From the NCBI GenBank assembly GCA_009926305.1, contig RFPC01000005.1, positions 7,649 through 71,648 on the forward strand: a DNA stretch of 64,000 nucleotides, given 5' to 3'. The position numbers were made by a program, and so were the translations under genes. Position 1 is the first letter of the stretch. Every line of letters begins with the position of its first letter. The notes below the pieces were generated by a model. That model worked only from the letters and a program-made list of their open reading frames with translations, had not been told where the DNA came from and did not search any database. This document shows, piece by piece, positions 9,816-18,588 of the stretch. This DNA is from a bacterium (lineage in GTDB: Bacteria; Bdellovibrionota_C; UBA2361; RFPC01).

Positions 9816-11006
9816 TTATGCCACATCGCGAGAAGATTGTGCCCGGACTTCCACTCGCCCCTCAAGGAGATCAGTAGTAGCAACTTGAGAGAGCTGCTTT
9901 ACGGCCGTTGCAAGATCCCGAAATGTTAATTGAGCCTGTGCCTTGACGGCTAATACATCTCCATCGGGAATACATCCATCTCTCACTCTTCTCTTTAGAG
10001 CAATCTGAAACATTCCAAGGCAATACCCCATATTATGTATATAGGCTCGAAAGTTGACATCCATCGGCGTCTCACTTGAAAGCGCGCTAAAATGTTCGTC
10101 TAACTGATAGGAGGTGTCTCGCAAACTCTCGAGCATTGCATTCGCTTGGATTGGGGGGCTTTCCCGCTTTGCTCGCCGTCCAAAACCAATCGGATCTGAC
10201 GGATGCTCACTGAGCATATCGATAAAACTCAACAAGTGTTGCACCATGCTCGATGCCGTCTTTTGAACTGCAGGGAGCACACATGCTCGAAGCTCCTCCT
10301 GACGCTCAAACATCCGAGTAAAGAGAGAATCTTCCTTTATACTGAGGATGAGTGTGCCTTTTTCGGATGCTAACGGATGAACGGCAAGCTCAGCCTGAAC
10401 TCGAGAACTCAAGAGTCGAGATGCCACCTCAAGTGCTCCTGTTGCAAGCACGGCACGTAACTCTAAAAGTTCAAACGCTAGCGGTTCAATATAATCATCC
10501 GCTATACAGCCCTGGTCATACGAAGCTTCCTCCATGATGCAAATCGCCTGTTCAAGCCGTTGATGGATATGCCCATACGCCTCGAGTTTGACCTCCTCTG
10601 GCTCAGCCGAGGCAAGCTCGCTCTCTAGGAGCATTTTCATCGCTCGCAGGGAACTGCTTAATGTATCGGTGATAACCTCTCGGTGCTCAGACTCATCAGA
10701 TGGTGGCACATGAAATCCAATCTTCTTGATCTCATCCACGCACTCATTTAAAAAAATCCCAATCACATCTCGTGTGGCAAATGCTGCTGTCGTAAAGTCT
10801 GTGAACGAATTTCGTATATTTGCTATTCCCTGAAGACGGGATTCCAGCACTCCTCGCCCCGCGACGATCTCAGCGCGCTGCTCGCTTGCCCCACGTGGTG
10901 TATCATTCATGGCGCTTGCAAGGGGCTCAGTCTTCGCCTGTTGGCTTTTACTACGAGATGCTTTTTGTGCTTTTTGCGTAGCCTCGCTACAATTTTCGTT
11001 TTTCAT
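9816..11006 (-). CDS. Hypothetical protein, predicted mostly alpha-helical
   Basis: 396-aa ORF with a GAGG RBS before the ATG; no recognisable motif. Confidence 0.6.
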   Translation of the reverse strand: MKNENCSEATQKAQKASRSKSQQAKTEPLASAMNDTPRGASEQRAEIVAGRGVLESRLQGIANIRNSFTDFTTAAFATRDVIGIFLNECVDEIKKIGFHVPPSDESEHREVITDTLSSSLRAMKMLLESELASAEPEEVKLEAYGHIHQRLEQAICIMEEASYDQGCIADDYIEPLAFELLELRAVLATGALEVASRLLSSRVQAELAVHPLASEKGTLILSIKEDSLFTRMFERQEELRACVLPAVQKTASSMVQHLLSFIDMLSEHPSDPIGFGRRAKRESPPIQANAMLESLRDTSYQLDEHFSALSSETPMDVNFRAYIHNMGYCLGMFQIALKRRVRDGCIPDGDVLAVKAQAQLTFRDLATAVKQLSQVATTDLLEGRVEVRAQSSRDVA

Positions 11007-11478
11007 TCACTTACCTCAATACACACCATGTTGACTTGACAGAGGCTGGAGTTAGAGATTCGAATCAAGACGTATCGATGACCGCTACTACTCCCTCACC
11101 TGCGAAAATCACGAAGCGTAAAAGCGTGAAGCTGTTGTTGAAAAAACTGGGAGGAACCTTCTCTTCTGGCACAGACGCGCTCAGGACTCATTCCAGTTCC
11201 GAGCAGAGAACTCCCCGATACCCGATGAGTGACACAGTAGAAAAACTTGAAAAAAACCTTGGACAACTCGCTTATTACGGAGCTTCCTGCTCGATTCAGA
11301 TGGCACAAGAGGCAAAAGGATGCGCGTAAAATTCATATCCCACGGGACATCACCCTATAAATCCTGAAATAACTTGACCTAAAGGGGTAAAGATTAAATG
11401 ATAACAGTCGTTTATGGAGCTACTACCAGCACCATGGCAGACACAGCATGACAACTATTGTTGAGGGGGACGAGGGTC

Positions 11479-13080
11479 ATGGAAGGGAATGGTCTCAGCA
11501 AAAATGAGGGTCAAAACGATCATATCGCTCAGTGTGATTACGCACCCTACGTCACCCGACATCAAGAACTCCTCCAACAAGCCCTTCATCCGATTGATGC
11601 CAGCGCACTTGAACGACATATTGCGCGCGGGAAGCTCCCGGTTCGCACTCGTATTGATGAGTTGATAGATGCCGGAAGTGCATTTTTAGAACTTTCTCCT
11701 TTGGCAGGATACGAGCTCTACGGGGATATTCCTTCAGGAGCAGGAATCGTAACAGGAATTGGTCAGGTGATGGGACGACCCGTCATGATTATTGCAAATG
11801 ATGCGACTGTTAAGGGTGGTACGTATTTTCCAACAACGGTAAAAAAACACCTACGTGCTCAAGATATTGCTTTTGAGAATCGTCTTCCCTGCATTTACCT
11901 CGTTGATTCGGGTGGTGCTTATCTTCCAAAGCAAGACGAGGTCTTCCCCGATCGACTGCATTTTGGTCGCATCTTTTTCAACCAGGCGCGCTTGAGTGCG
12001 GAGCGCATTCCACAAATTGCATGCGTCATGGGTTCTTGTACAGCTGGGGGAGCCTACGTTCCAGCGATGTCCGATCAGGTAATTATGGTTGAGGAGCAAG
12101 GCACTATATTCCTAGGCGGCCCACCTCTCGTAAAAGCAGCAACAGGAGAGGAAGTGAGTGCGGAGGACCTCGGCGGCGCTCATGTTCATGGTACAATCAG
12201 TGGAGTCTCTGACTATACGGCCAAGGATGATTACGAGGCCCTCAAAATGGTTCGAGAACTCGTGATGCACTTTGAACCAGACTCTCGTTGGGAGATTCGT
12301 GCAAAATCAACCGCGCCTCTTCATTCTCCAACTCTTTTACCTACTCTTGTTCCAACCGATCGTAAAAAACCGTTTCCGATGCGTGAGGCTCTCGGGCACA
12401 TACTCGATGGTGGCTCACTTAGTGAATTTAAGCGAGATTTTGGGAATACGCTGATTACTGCCTTTGCACGCATCGAAGGATATCCTGTTGGCATAATAGC
12501 GAATGATGGAATTCTCTTCTCAGAGAGTGCGCAGAAGGGAGCCCATTTCATTGAGCTCTGCTGCCAGCGAAAGATTCCGCTGTTGTTCATCCAAAACATA
12601 GTGGGCTTCATGGTCGGCAAAGAGTACGAGCACGGAGGGATTGCGAAACATGGAGCAAAACTTGTTCATGCGGTAGCGAATGCGAAAGTGCCAAAACTTA
12701 CGGTGGTCGTTGGCGGCTCTTTTGGTGCGGGCAACTACGCCATGTGTGGCAGAGCGTATGATCCACGTTTCCTTTTCCTGTGGCCCAACGCTCAGACCTC
12801 TGTCATGGGTCCTGAACAAGCAGCAACAGTACTTACGAACGTAAAGCGAGACTCTTCCCTGAAGAAGAATGGAAAAGTAGATGAAAAGGCTCTCGATGCT
12901 TTTTCCCGTGAAATTTTAGAGCAATATGAACATCAAGCCGACGCTTATTATTCAACAGCGCGTCTTTGGGATGACGGAGTGATTCTTCCGCAAGATACCA
13001 GACGAGTCTTGAGTCTTGCCCTGGGCGTAGTCACGCGACATGAACCTGAAGAGAGCACGTTTGGCGTTTTTAGAATGTAG
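11479..13080 (+). CDS. liuB: 3-methylcrotonyl-CoA carboxylase beta (carboxyltransferase) subunit
   Basis: [59 protein letters not shown] end. Confidence 0.92.
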   Translation: MEGNGLSKNEGQNDHIAQCDYAPYVTRHQELLQQALHPIDASALERHIARGKLPVRTRIDELIDAGSAFLELSPLAGYELYGDIPSGAGIVTGIGQVMGRPVMIIANDATVKGGTYFPTTVKKHLRAQDIAFENRLPCIYLVDSGGAYLPKQDEVFPDRLHFGRIFFNQARLSAERIPQIACVMGSCTAGGAYVPAMSDQVIMVEEQGTIFLGGPPLVKAATGEEVSAEDLGGAHVHGTISGVSDYTAKDDYEALKMVRELVMHFEPDSRWEIRAKSTAPLHSPTLLPTLVPTDRKKPFPMREALGHILDGGSLSEFKRDFGNTLITAFARIEGYPVGIIANDGILFSESAQKGAHFIELCCQRKIPLLFIQNIVGFMVGKEYEHGGIAKHGAKLVHAVANAKVPKLTVVVGGSFGAGNYAMCGRAYDPRFLFLWPNAQTSVMGPEQAATVLTNVKRDSSLKKNGKVDEKALDAFSREILEQYEHQADAYYSTARLWDDGVILPQDTRRVLSLALGVVTRHEPEESTFGVFRM

Positions 13081-13086
13081 GGATCC

Positions 13087-15144
13087 ATGACAGAGAAGAG
13101 ATATCAAAAAGTTCTGATAGCGAATCGGGGCGAAATCGCAAGGCGCATAGCAAGGACACTTCGCCATGAGCAGCGCTCTGCAATCGGCCTGGCCTCCATT
13201 TATGATCCGAGTGCAGGCCATATTCATTGTTGCGACGAGTCAATTCTGCTTGATGAGCCAAACATCGCTCGTGTTTTTCTTCATCCGGAGATAATTATCA
13301 ATGCGGCTCGTGAAGCAGGCGCCGATGCAATTCATCCAGGATACGGATTCCTTTCTGAATCCTCAGAACTTGCCCAAGCGTGCAACAATGCTGGGATAGC
13401 ATTCATCGGGCCGACACCTGAACTTCTGTCTCTCTTTGGCGATAAGGCGAAAACGAAAGAGAGAGCGAAAACGCTGGGAATTCCGGTAGTCGAAACACAC
13501 TGCGTCGAGCCAAGCACCCTGAAGCAGTTTCTTAAAAAGACAAAAGACACGAAGAGTCTCAACTATCCTCTATTGATTAAGGCACGGGGCGGCGGAGGCG
13601 GCAGAGGAATGCGACTCGTGCAATCCTTCGAAGAATTCGAGCCCGCCGTTGCTTCGGCAAGCAGAGAGGCTGAGAAATTCTTTGGTGATGGAACACTCCT
13701 TATCGAGCCCTTCTTGAAGAGCATCAAGCATATAGAAGTACAGATAGCTGGTGACATCAAGGGGCACGTGGTTCACCTGCACGAGAGAGAGTGCTCTGCC
13801 CAACGAAACTACCAGAAAATTCTTGAAGAAGCTCCCTCCCAAGGTATCTCTGAAAATCTTCGGCAAGCCTTATTTAAGGATGCAATCCGACTCTTTGAAA
13901 AACTCAAATATCAGGGATTAGCTACCGTTGAATTTCTGGTTACTGAAGACGAGAGCCACTACTTCACTGAGGTGAATCCACGACTACAAGTAGAACATAC
14001 GGTTACTGAGGAAATTTTAGATATTGATCTTGTTTCGCTCCAGCTTCACCTTGCTGAGGGCAAATCGCTAAAAAGCTATTCAAAGCCGCTAGAGAATCTC
14101 ACTCCTTCAGGTCACGCAATTCAAGCTCGAATCAACGCCGAAAGCTCAATCGACTTCTTGCCGCAAACTGGAACACTCCTGGAATGCATATTTCCTAATC
14201 AGTTGCGTCCACTGAGAGTAGAGAGCGCGGTAACAAGAGATTCCTCAGTGACATCGGACTACGATTCGCTGATAGCAAAGTGCATTCAACACGGCGAATC
14301 AAGGAGAAACGCGACAACCGCCTTGATTCAAAATCTACAGAGTGCCCGCATATTCGGTGTGGAAACGAATATTCCTTTCTTGCTCAAAGTTCTAAAAACC
14401 CCTGCGTGGCAAGATGCCTCTTATACAACCGATATTACCAAAGTAGTGCAAGAAGCTACTCCCTCGGTACATGCCCTGGTGCTCCAGAATGGGATAGCGG
14501 CAATTCTTTCTCTTTATAAAAGCCATCAAGGAATTCAAGAGGTCGTAGGCGGATCCTCATGGAATGAAAAAGATGGCTTTCGTTCGGCTGGTATATCGAC
14601 CCGTTCCTTTGTAGTAGAGTGCAAAGGGATCGCTGCTGAAATCACAGTTCATCAAAATACTCGCGAAACGTTTCACATATTACACGAGGACCGGTCGTAC
14701 GAGGTTTCGATCACACCAATCATTACGGAGACAACAGCAGTAGCTGAACCTCTCCTTATCCGCGAGTATGATTTGACGATTGATGGCATACACTCCAGGG
14801 TAAGAGTCGTTCCTCTTCAGAGAGACAAGAGAATTGATGAGCTGTTTTGGGTTGAGAGTGAAGCTTTTAGTTCCTTGATTACCCTCTCGCGTCCAGCACT
14901 CCGACAAGAAAAATCAGGCGCCAGTGCGAGCACACGAAATATTACCTCACCTCTCCCAGGAAAGGTGCTTCGATTATTGGCGGATGTTGGGCAATCCATC
15001 AATGCTGGAGAGCCGCTCATTCTCCTTGAATCAATGAAAATGGAGCATACGGTTAATAGTCAGTCAAAAGGTTCAGTTGAACGACTAGAAGTATCCGAAG
15101 GAGACGTGGTGAGCTCAGGGCAACTCTTAGCGACTATTGCGTAA
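13087..15144 (+). CDS. liuD: 3-methylcrotonyl-CoA carboxylase alpha subunit (biotin carboxylase + biotin carrier)
   Basis: LIANRGEIA, HPGYGFLSE, GGGGRGMR, ERECSAQR, NPRLQVEH; biotin attachment motif ESMKME. Confidence 0.88.
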   Translation: MTEKRYQKVLIANRGEIARRIARTLRHEQRSAIGLASIYDPSAGHIHCCDESILLDEPNIARVFLHPEIIINAAREAGADAIHPGYGFLSESSELAQACNNAGIAFIGPTPELLSLFGDKAKTKERAKTLGIPVVETHCVEPSTLKQFLKKTKDTKSLNYPLLIKARGGGGGRGMRLVQSFEEFEPAVASASREAEKFFGDGTLLIEPFLKSIKHIEVQIAGDIKGHVVHLHERECSAQRNYQKILEEAPSQGISENLRQALFKDAIRLFEKLKYQGLATVEFLVTEDESHYFTEVNPRLQVEHTVTEEILDIDLVSLQLHLAEGKSLKSYSKPLENLTPSGHAIQARINAESSIDFLPQTGTLLECIFPNQLRPLRVESAVTRDSSVTSDYDSLIAKCIQHGESRRNATTALIQNLQSARIFGVETNIPFLLKVLKTPAWQDASYTTDITKVVQEATPSVHALVLQNGIAAILSLYKSHQGIQEVVGGSSWNEKDGFRSAGISTRSFVVECKGIAAEITVHQNTRETFHILHEDRSYEVSITPIITETTAVAEPLLIREYDLTIDGIHSRVRVVPLQRDKRIDELFWVESEAFSSLITLSRPALRQEKSGASASTRNITSPLPGKVLRLLADVGQSINAGEPLILLESMKMEHTVNSQSKGSVERLEVSEGDVVSSGQLLATIA

Positions 15145-15200
15145 AGCATGTTAGGGTAACGGTTGTGAGATGACGATGACCATAAAGGAGGTATTCGGGA

Positions 15201-16619
15201 GTGTTAGCATTAGAGATGACTAAAGAATCAACTATTTCTCATACATCAGAGGACAATACCCACCTTGATTGCTCTCTTCTGGAAAAAGAGGTAAAGGTAT
15301 TTGGTCAAGAAATATTTCGCCAGATTACAAGAGATAAGCCATCGGTCCTGAATTCAAAGTTCTGGACAAGCAAAATCATGCAATGGTCAATGCAATTCCA
15401 GCGTTTCAAAACAGATATGTTTCGACTCGTTGATGTACTGCCCTCACTCTCTTCGAGCAACTCCGTTACTGCCCATGTCTCCGAGTATCTCGGAGAGTCT
15501 GCAAGGGAGATTCATCCAGTCATCGGGTGGGGAGTAAAAGCGAGTCCCGGCTCTTTGCGAGGCAAACTGATCTCGCTGACAGTGCAAAAAAGTGTCTATC
15601 AAATGGCAAAACAATTCATCGCAGGGGATTCCCCAGAAAATGCTCTGAGAGAGCTAAAGCGGCTTAGGGGTTCTCAGCTCGCCTTTACAGTAGACCTTCT
15701 CGGTGAATACTGCGTTAGTGAGCAAGAGGCGCTCGATTACTTCGAACGATATCGAAAAGCGATGGAAGTTTTTGGGGAGCACGTCCCCACCTGGGACTCA
15801 TCAAAGCCTATTCTTGAGGATCACCCTGGAGAGCGAACTCCAGTGTGCGTATCAGTGAAGCTCTCTGCTCTCTACTCTCAGTGCTATGCACTCAACTATA
15901 GAAAAAGTGTTGATATACTCACTGAGCGACTCTCTGAACTTGTTCGAGTAGCCAAACAAAAAAACGTTCAGGTGTACTGTGATGCAGAAGACACAAGCCA
16001 TAACCCGATCATTTATGCGGTTTTTAGAAATGTATTCGGAAGTCCTGAATTTCAAGATTATCCGTATCCGGGAATAGTAATTCAGGCATATGCTCGTGAT
16101 TCGTTCGCTCTTGCTGAAGACATGCTGGAATTTGCGAGAAAGCGGGGGGCACCCATTGCAGTGCGTCTTGTAAAAGGCGCTTATTGGGATTCGGAGACAG
16201 TCTCCTGCTCGCAGAAAAGCTGGGAAAATCCCTTGTTCACAAAAAAATCGGATTCCGATCGGAACTTTGAGCGAATTACCGAGCTATTACTAGACAATAC
16301 TGAGTTATGCCTTCCAGCTTTCGGCTCGCATAATATTCGCTCGCTATCACACGCATGTATGTATGCGAAACATAAAGGAGTAACCACAAAACAATACGAG
16401 CTGCAGATGTTATACGGAATGGCCGAACCAATCGCTCGAGCATTCCAACACAGCGGGCAACTCGTAAGGCTCTATGTTCCACTGGGAGAGCTCATTCCAG
16501 GCATGGGGTATCTCGTACGACGACTATTGGAGAATACATCAAACGAATCATTTCTCCGTCATACCTTTTTCGATGAACATGCCATCGATACCCTTTTACG
16601 AGCACCACAAGATTCATAG
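15201..16619 (+). CDS. Proline dehydrogenase (PutA N-terminal module as a separate gene)
   Basis: FRLVDVLP, DLLGE, VRLVKGAYWD, GSHNIRS, ELQMLYGM, YLVRRLLENTSNESFL. Confidence 0.9.
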   Translation: MLALEMTKESTISHTSEDNTHLDCSLLEKEVKVFGQEIFRQITRDKPSVLNSKFWTSKIMQWSMQFQRFKTDMFRLVDVLPSLSSSNSVTAHVSEYLGESAREIHPVIGWGVKASPGSLRGKLISLTVQKSVYQMAKQFIAGDSPENALRELKRLRGSQLAFTVDLLGEYCVSEQEALDYFERYRKAMEVFGEHVPTWDSSKPILEDHPGERTPVCVSVKLSALYSQCYALNYRKSVDILTERLSELVRVAKQKNVQVYCDAEDTSHNPIIYAVFRNVFGSPEFQDYPYPGIVIQAYARDSFALAEDMLEFARKRGAPIAVRLVKGAYWDSETVSCSQKSWENPLFTKKSDSDRNFERITELLLDNTELCLPAFGSHNIRSLSHACMYAKHKGVTTKQYELQMLYGMAEPIARAFQHSGQLVRLYVPLGELIPGMGYLVRRLLENTSNESFLRHTFFDEHAIDTLLRAPQDS

Positions 16620-16637
16620 CAATGAAGGAGATGCGTT

Positions 16638-18233
16638 ATGTCACTTAATGATTTTCGAAATGAGCCTGTGCTTGACTTTTCACTCCCAGAAGAAGTTGAG
16701 GCTTTTGGAATAGCCCTGACTACAATAGGTGCGAAAGCAAGCCGTGGGGAGCTGAAAGCAATTCCAATCATTGGGGGCAAAGAGCGGAAAGAAAACACAA
16801 CGCTCGGAAAGAGCTTAAATCCCTCATACAGCGATCAAGTACTCGGGGAGGTTTATTTCGCATCAATTTCTCAAGCATCCGAAGCAATCACACTGCTTTC
16901 CGCAGGGCAAAAACAGTGGGCTGAAACGAGCTTTGAATATCGGGCTGACCTCATTCGCAAACTCGCGGCTGGAATGCGAGCAGAGCGCAGGGAGCTTGCT
17001 GCTCTCATGGTACTGGAAGCAGGTAAGCCGTGGGGAGAAGCCGATGCGGATGTGTGCGAAGCGATTGACTTTTGTGACTACTACGCTGAACTCGCCGCTG
17101 AAATGGCAAAACCACAACACTTGATGCCTTTCTTGAATGGAGAAACCAATCACTATTCGTACGCACCCCGAGGTGTGTCGGTAGTGATTTCTCCTTGGAA
17201 CTTTCCTCTCGCTATTGCAGCAGGAATGACTGTTGCTTCCCTGATATGTGGGAATACGACAGTGCTCAAGCCTGCCGAACAGACATCACTTATCGGAGCT
17301 GAACTCGCTCGCCTTATCTACCAAGCAGGGATACCAGAATCTGCTTTTGCATTCCTCCCTGGGATTGGAGAAGAAGTGGGCGCATATCTTGTTCAGCATG
17401 AAGAAGTGCATCTTGTCTGTTTTACGGGATCGCGACAGGTAGGGCTCGAGATCCTACAGAATACATCTCGAGTAACACCAGAACAGCGACATATTAAGAA
17501 AGTAATTCTTGAGCTGGGAGGGAAAAATACGATTATAGTCGATGATGATGCTGACTTCGATGAAGCGGTCAAGGGTGTGCTGTATTCAGCCTTCGGTTTT
17601 GCTGGACAGAAATGCTCTGCCTGCTCAAGAGTCATCGTGTTACAGGATGCTTATGAGCGATTCACAGAACGGCTCATAGAGGCAGCACAGGCTCTGATTG
17701 TTGCTCCAGCTGAACAGCCTGAGGCATTTTTAGGTCCACTGATCGACGCTGAAAGCCAGAGCCGCGTTCGCAGGCTGATAGAAGAACGAAAAGCGCATCT
17801 CAGCCTTGGTTGCATAGGAGAGTGCCCAGATTCAGGGTTCTTTACGCCAGTAACTATTTTTCGAGATGTTCCAACAACGGATCCACTCTGGCGTGAAGAA
17901 GCATTCGCTCCTGTTCTCTGCATTCGCTCTGCTGACTCATTTGAAGAGGCACTCGCAATGGCGAATGATTCAGACTATGCACTCACTGGAGGTGTGTATA
18001 CCCGCAGTCCATCCCATCTTGAGCGAGCACGCGCTGCGTTCGAAGTGGGGAACCTATACCTGAACCGAGGTATCACTGGAGCAATAGTCGGACGGCAACC
18101 CTTTGGTGGATTCCGTCTTTCTGGTATCGGGTCTAAAGCTGGTGGTCCAGACTATCTCCTTCAGTTTGTAGAGCCACGAACAATTACGGAAAACACGATG
18201 CGTAAGGGATTCACTCCAGAGCTCGCTGATTAA
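16638..18233 (+). CDS. pruA: L-glutamate gamma-semialdehyde (P5C) dehydrogenase (PutA C-terminal module)
   Basis: FRNEP, EAIDFCDYY, ISPWNFP, FTGS, LELGGKN, GQKCSACSR, QPFGG, KAGGPDYL; AAGGAG RBS. Confidence 0.9.
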   Translation: MSLNDFRNEPVLDFSLPEEVEAFGIALTTIGAKASRGELKAIPIIGGKERKENTTLGKSLNPSYSDQVLGEVYFASISQASEAITLLSAGQKQWAETSFEYRADLIRKLAAGMRAERRELAALMVLEAGKPWGEADADVCEAIDFCDYYAELAAEMAKPQHLMPFLNGETNHYSYAPRGVSVVISPWNFPLAIAAGMTVASLICGNTTVLKPAEQTSLIGAELARLIYQAGIPESAFAFLPGIGEEVGAYLVQHEEVHLVCFTGSRQVGLEILQNTSRVTPEQRHIKKVILELGGKNTIIVDDDADFDEAVKGVLYSAFGFAGQKCSACSRVIVLQDAYERFTERLIEAAQALIVAPAEQPEAFLGPLIDAESQSRVRRLIEERKAHLSLGCIGECPDSGFFTPVTIFRDVPTTDPLWREEAFAPVLCIRSADSFEEALAMANDSDYALTGGVYTRSPSHLERARAAFEVGNLYLNRGITGAIVGRQPFGGFRLSGIGSKAGGPDYLLQFVEPRTITENTMRKGFTPELAD

Positions 18234-18269
18234 AAGATAAAGAACGAGGCGCTGCGCTCAAACGCCCTC

Positions 18270-18299
18270 AAAAGGGGAGGCTGTATACCAGCTCTCCCC
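18270..18299 (-). terminator. Intrinsic terminator-like hairpin
   Basis: GGGGAG-GCTG/TATAC/CAGC-T-CTCCCC stem preceded by AAAA, which gives a U-tail on the minus strand. Confidence 0.55.
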
Positions 18300-18305
18300 C
18301 GCGTC

Positions 18306-18422
18306 GTTGGACTCAATATTTGTCTTGCTTCTGACGGTACGTCACACGGTGTTGCCCTATACCGCTGAAGCCACTGAGCGGCTAAGAAGGGTCCGTGTTC
18401 CCGAGGCAGCCATCGGAGCCAC
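18306..18422. ncRNA. Candidate structured non-coding RNA (three-way junction); family and strand unknown
   Basis: Nested pairings GGACTC/GAGCC, TGCTTC/GAGGCA, ACACGG/CCGTGT, GCCCT/AGGGT and CCGCT/AGCGG, plus side hairpin TGACG/CGTCA, in an intergenic gap. Confidence 0.35.
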
Positions 18423-18588
18423 CCTACCCTATTGATATCACTAGCTTTATCTGCGCTTTCTTGGCAACAACTCTTCCTAAAGCTCTTCGAGATATCGGTC
18501 GATCTAAAAGAGGGAACGTTTTCGAGTGGTTACAATTCCCTCTGGAATCCCACTGAGAGCAGAGGAAGACCCGGCAAGAAACCGCGTG

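Noticed and set aside
11036..11329. 97-aa plus-strand ORF and overlapping antisense ORF in the gap before liuB
   Set aside because: TTG start without an RBS and no motif; more likely a divergent promoter region.
16617..16640. Stop-codon readthrough or sequencing error restoring a fused PutA
   Set aside because: There are two in-frame stops (TAG, TGA) and a well-placed AAGGAG RBS for the second gene.
18270..18430. Identification as 6S RNA, SRP RNA or cobalamin riboswitch
   Set aside because: It lacks the 6S closing stem and GUUCAA-type motifs, the SRP GGAA tetraloop motif and the B12 box. It is kept only as an unclassified candidate.
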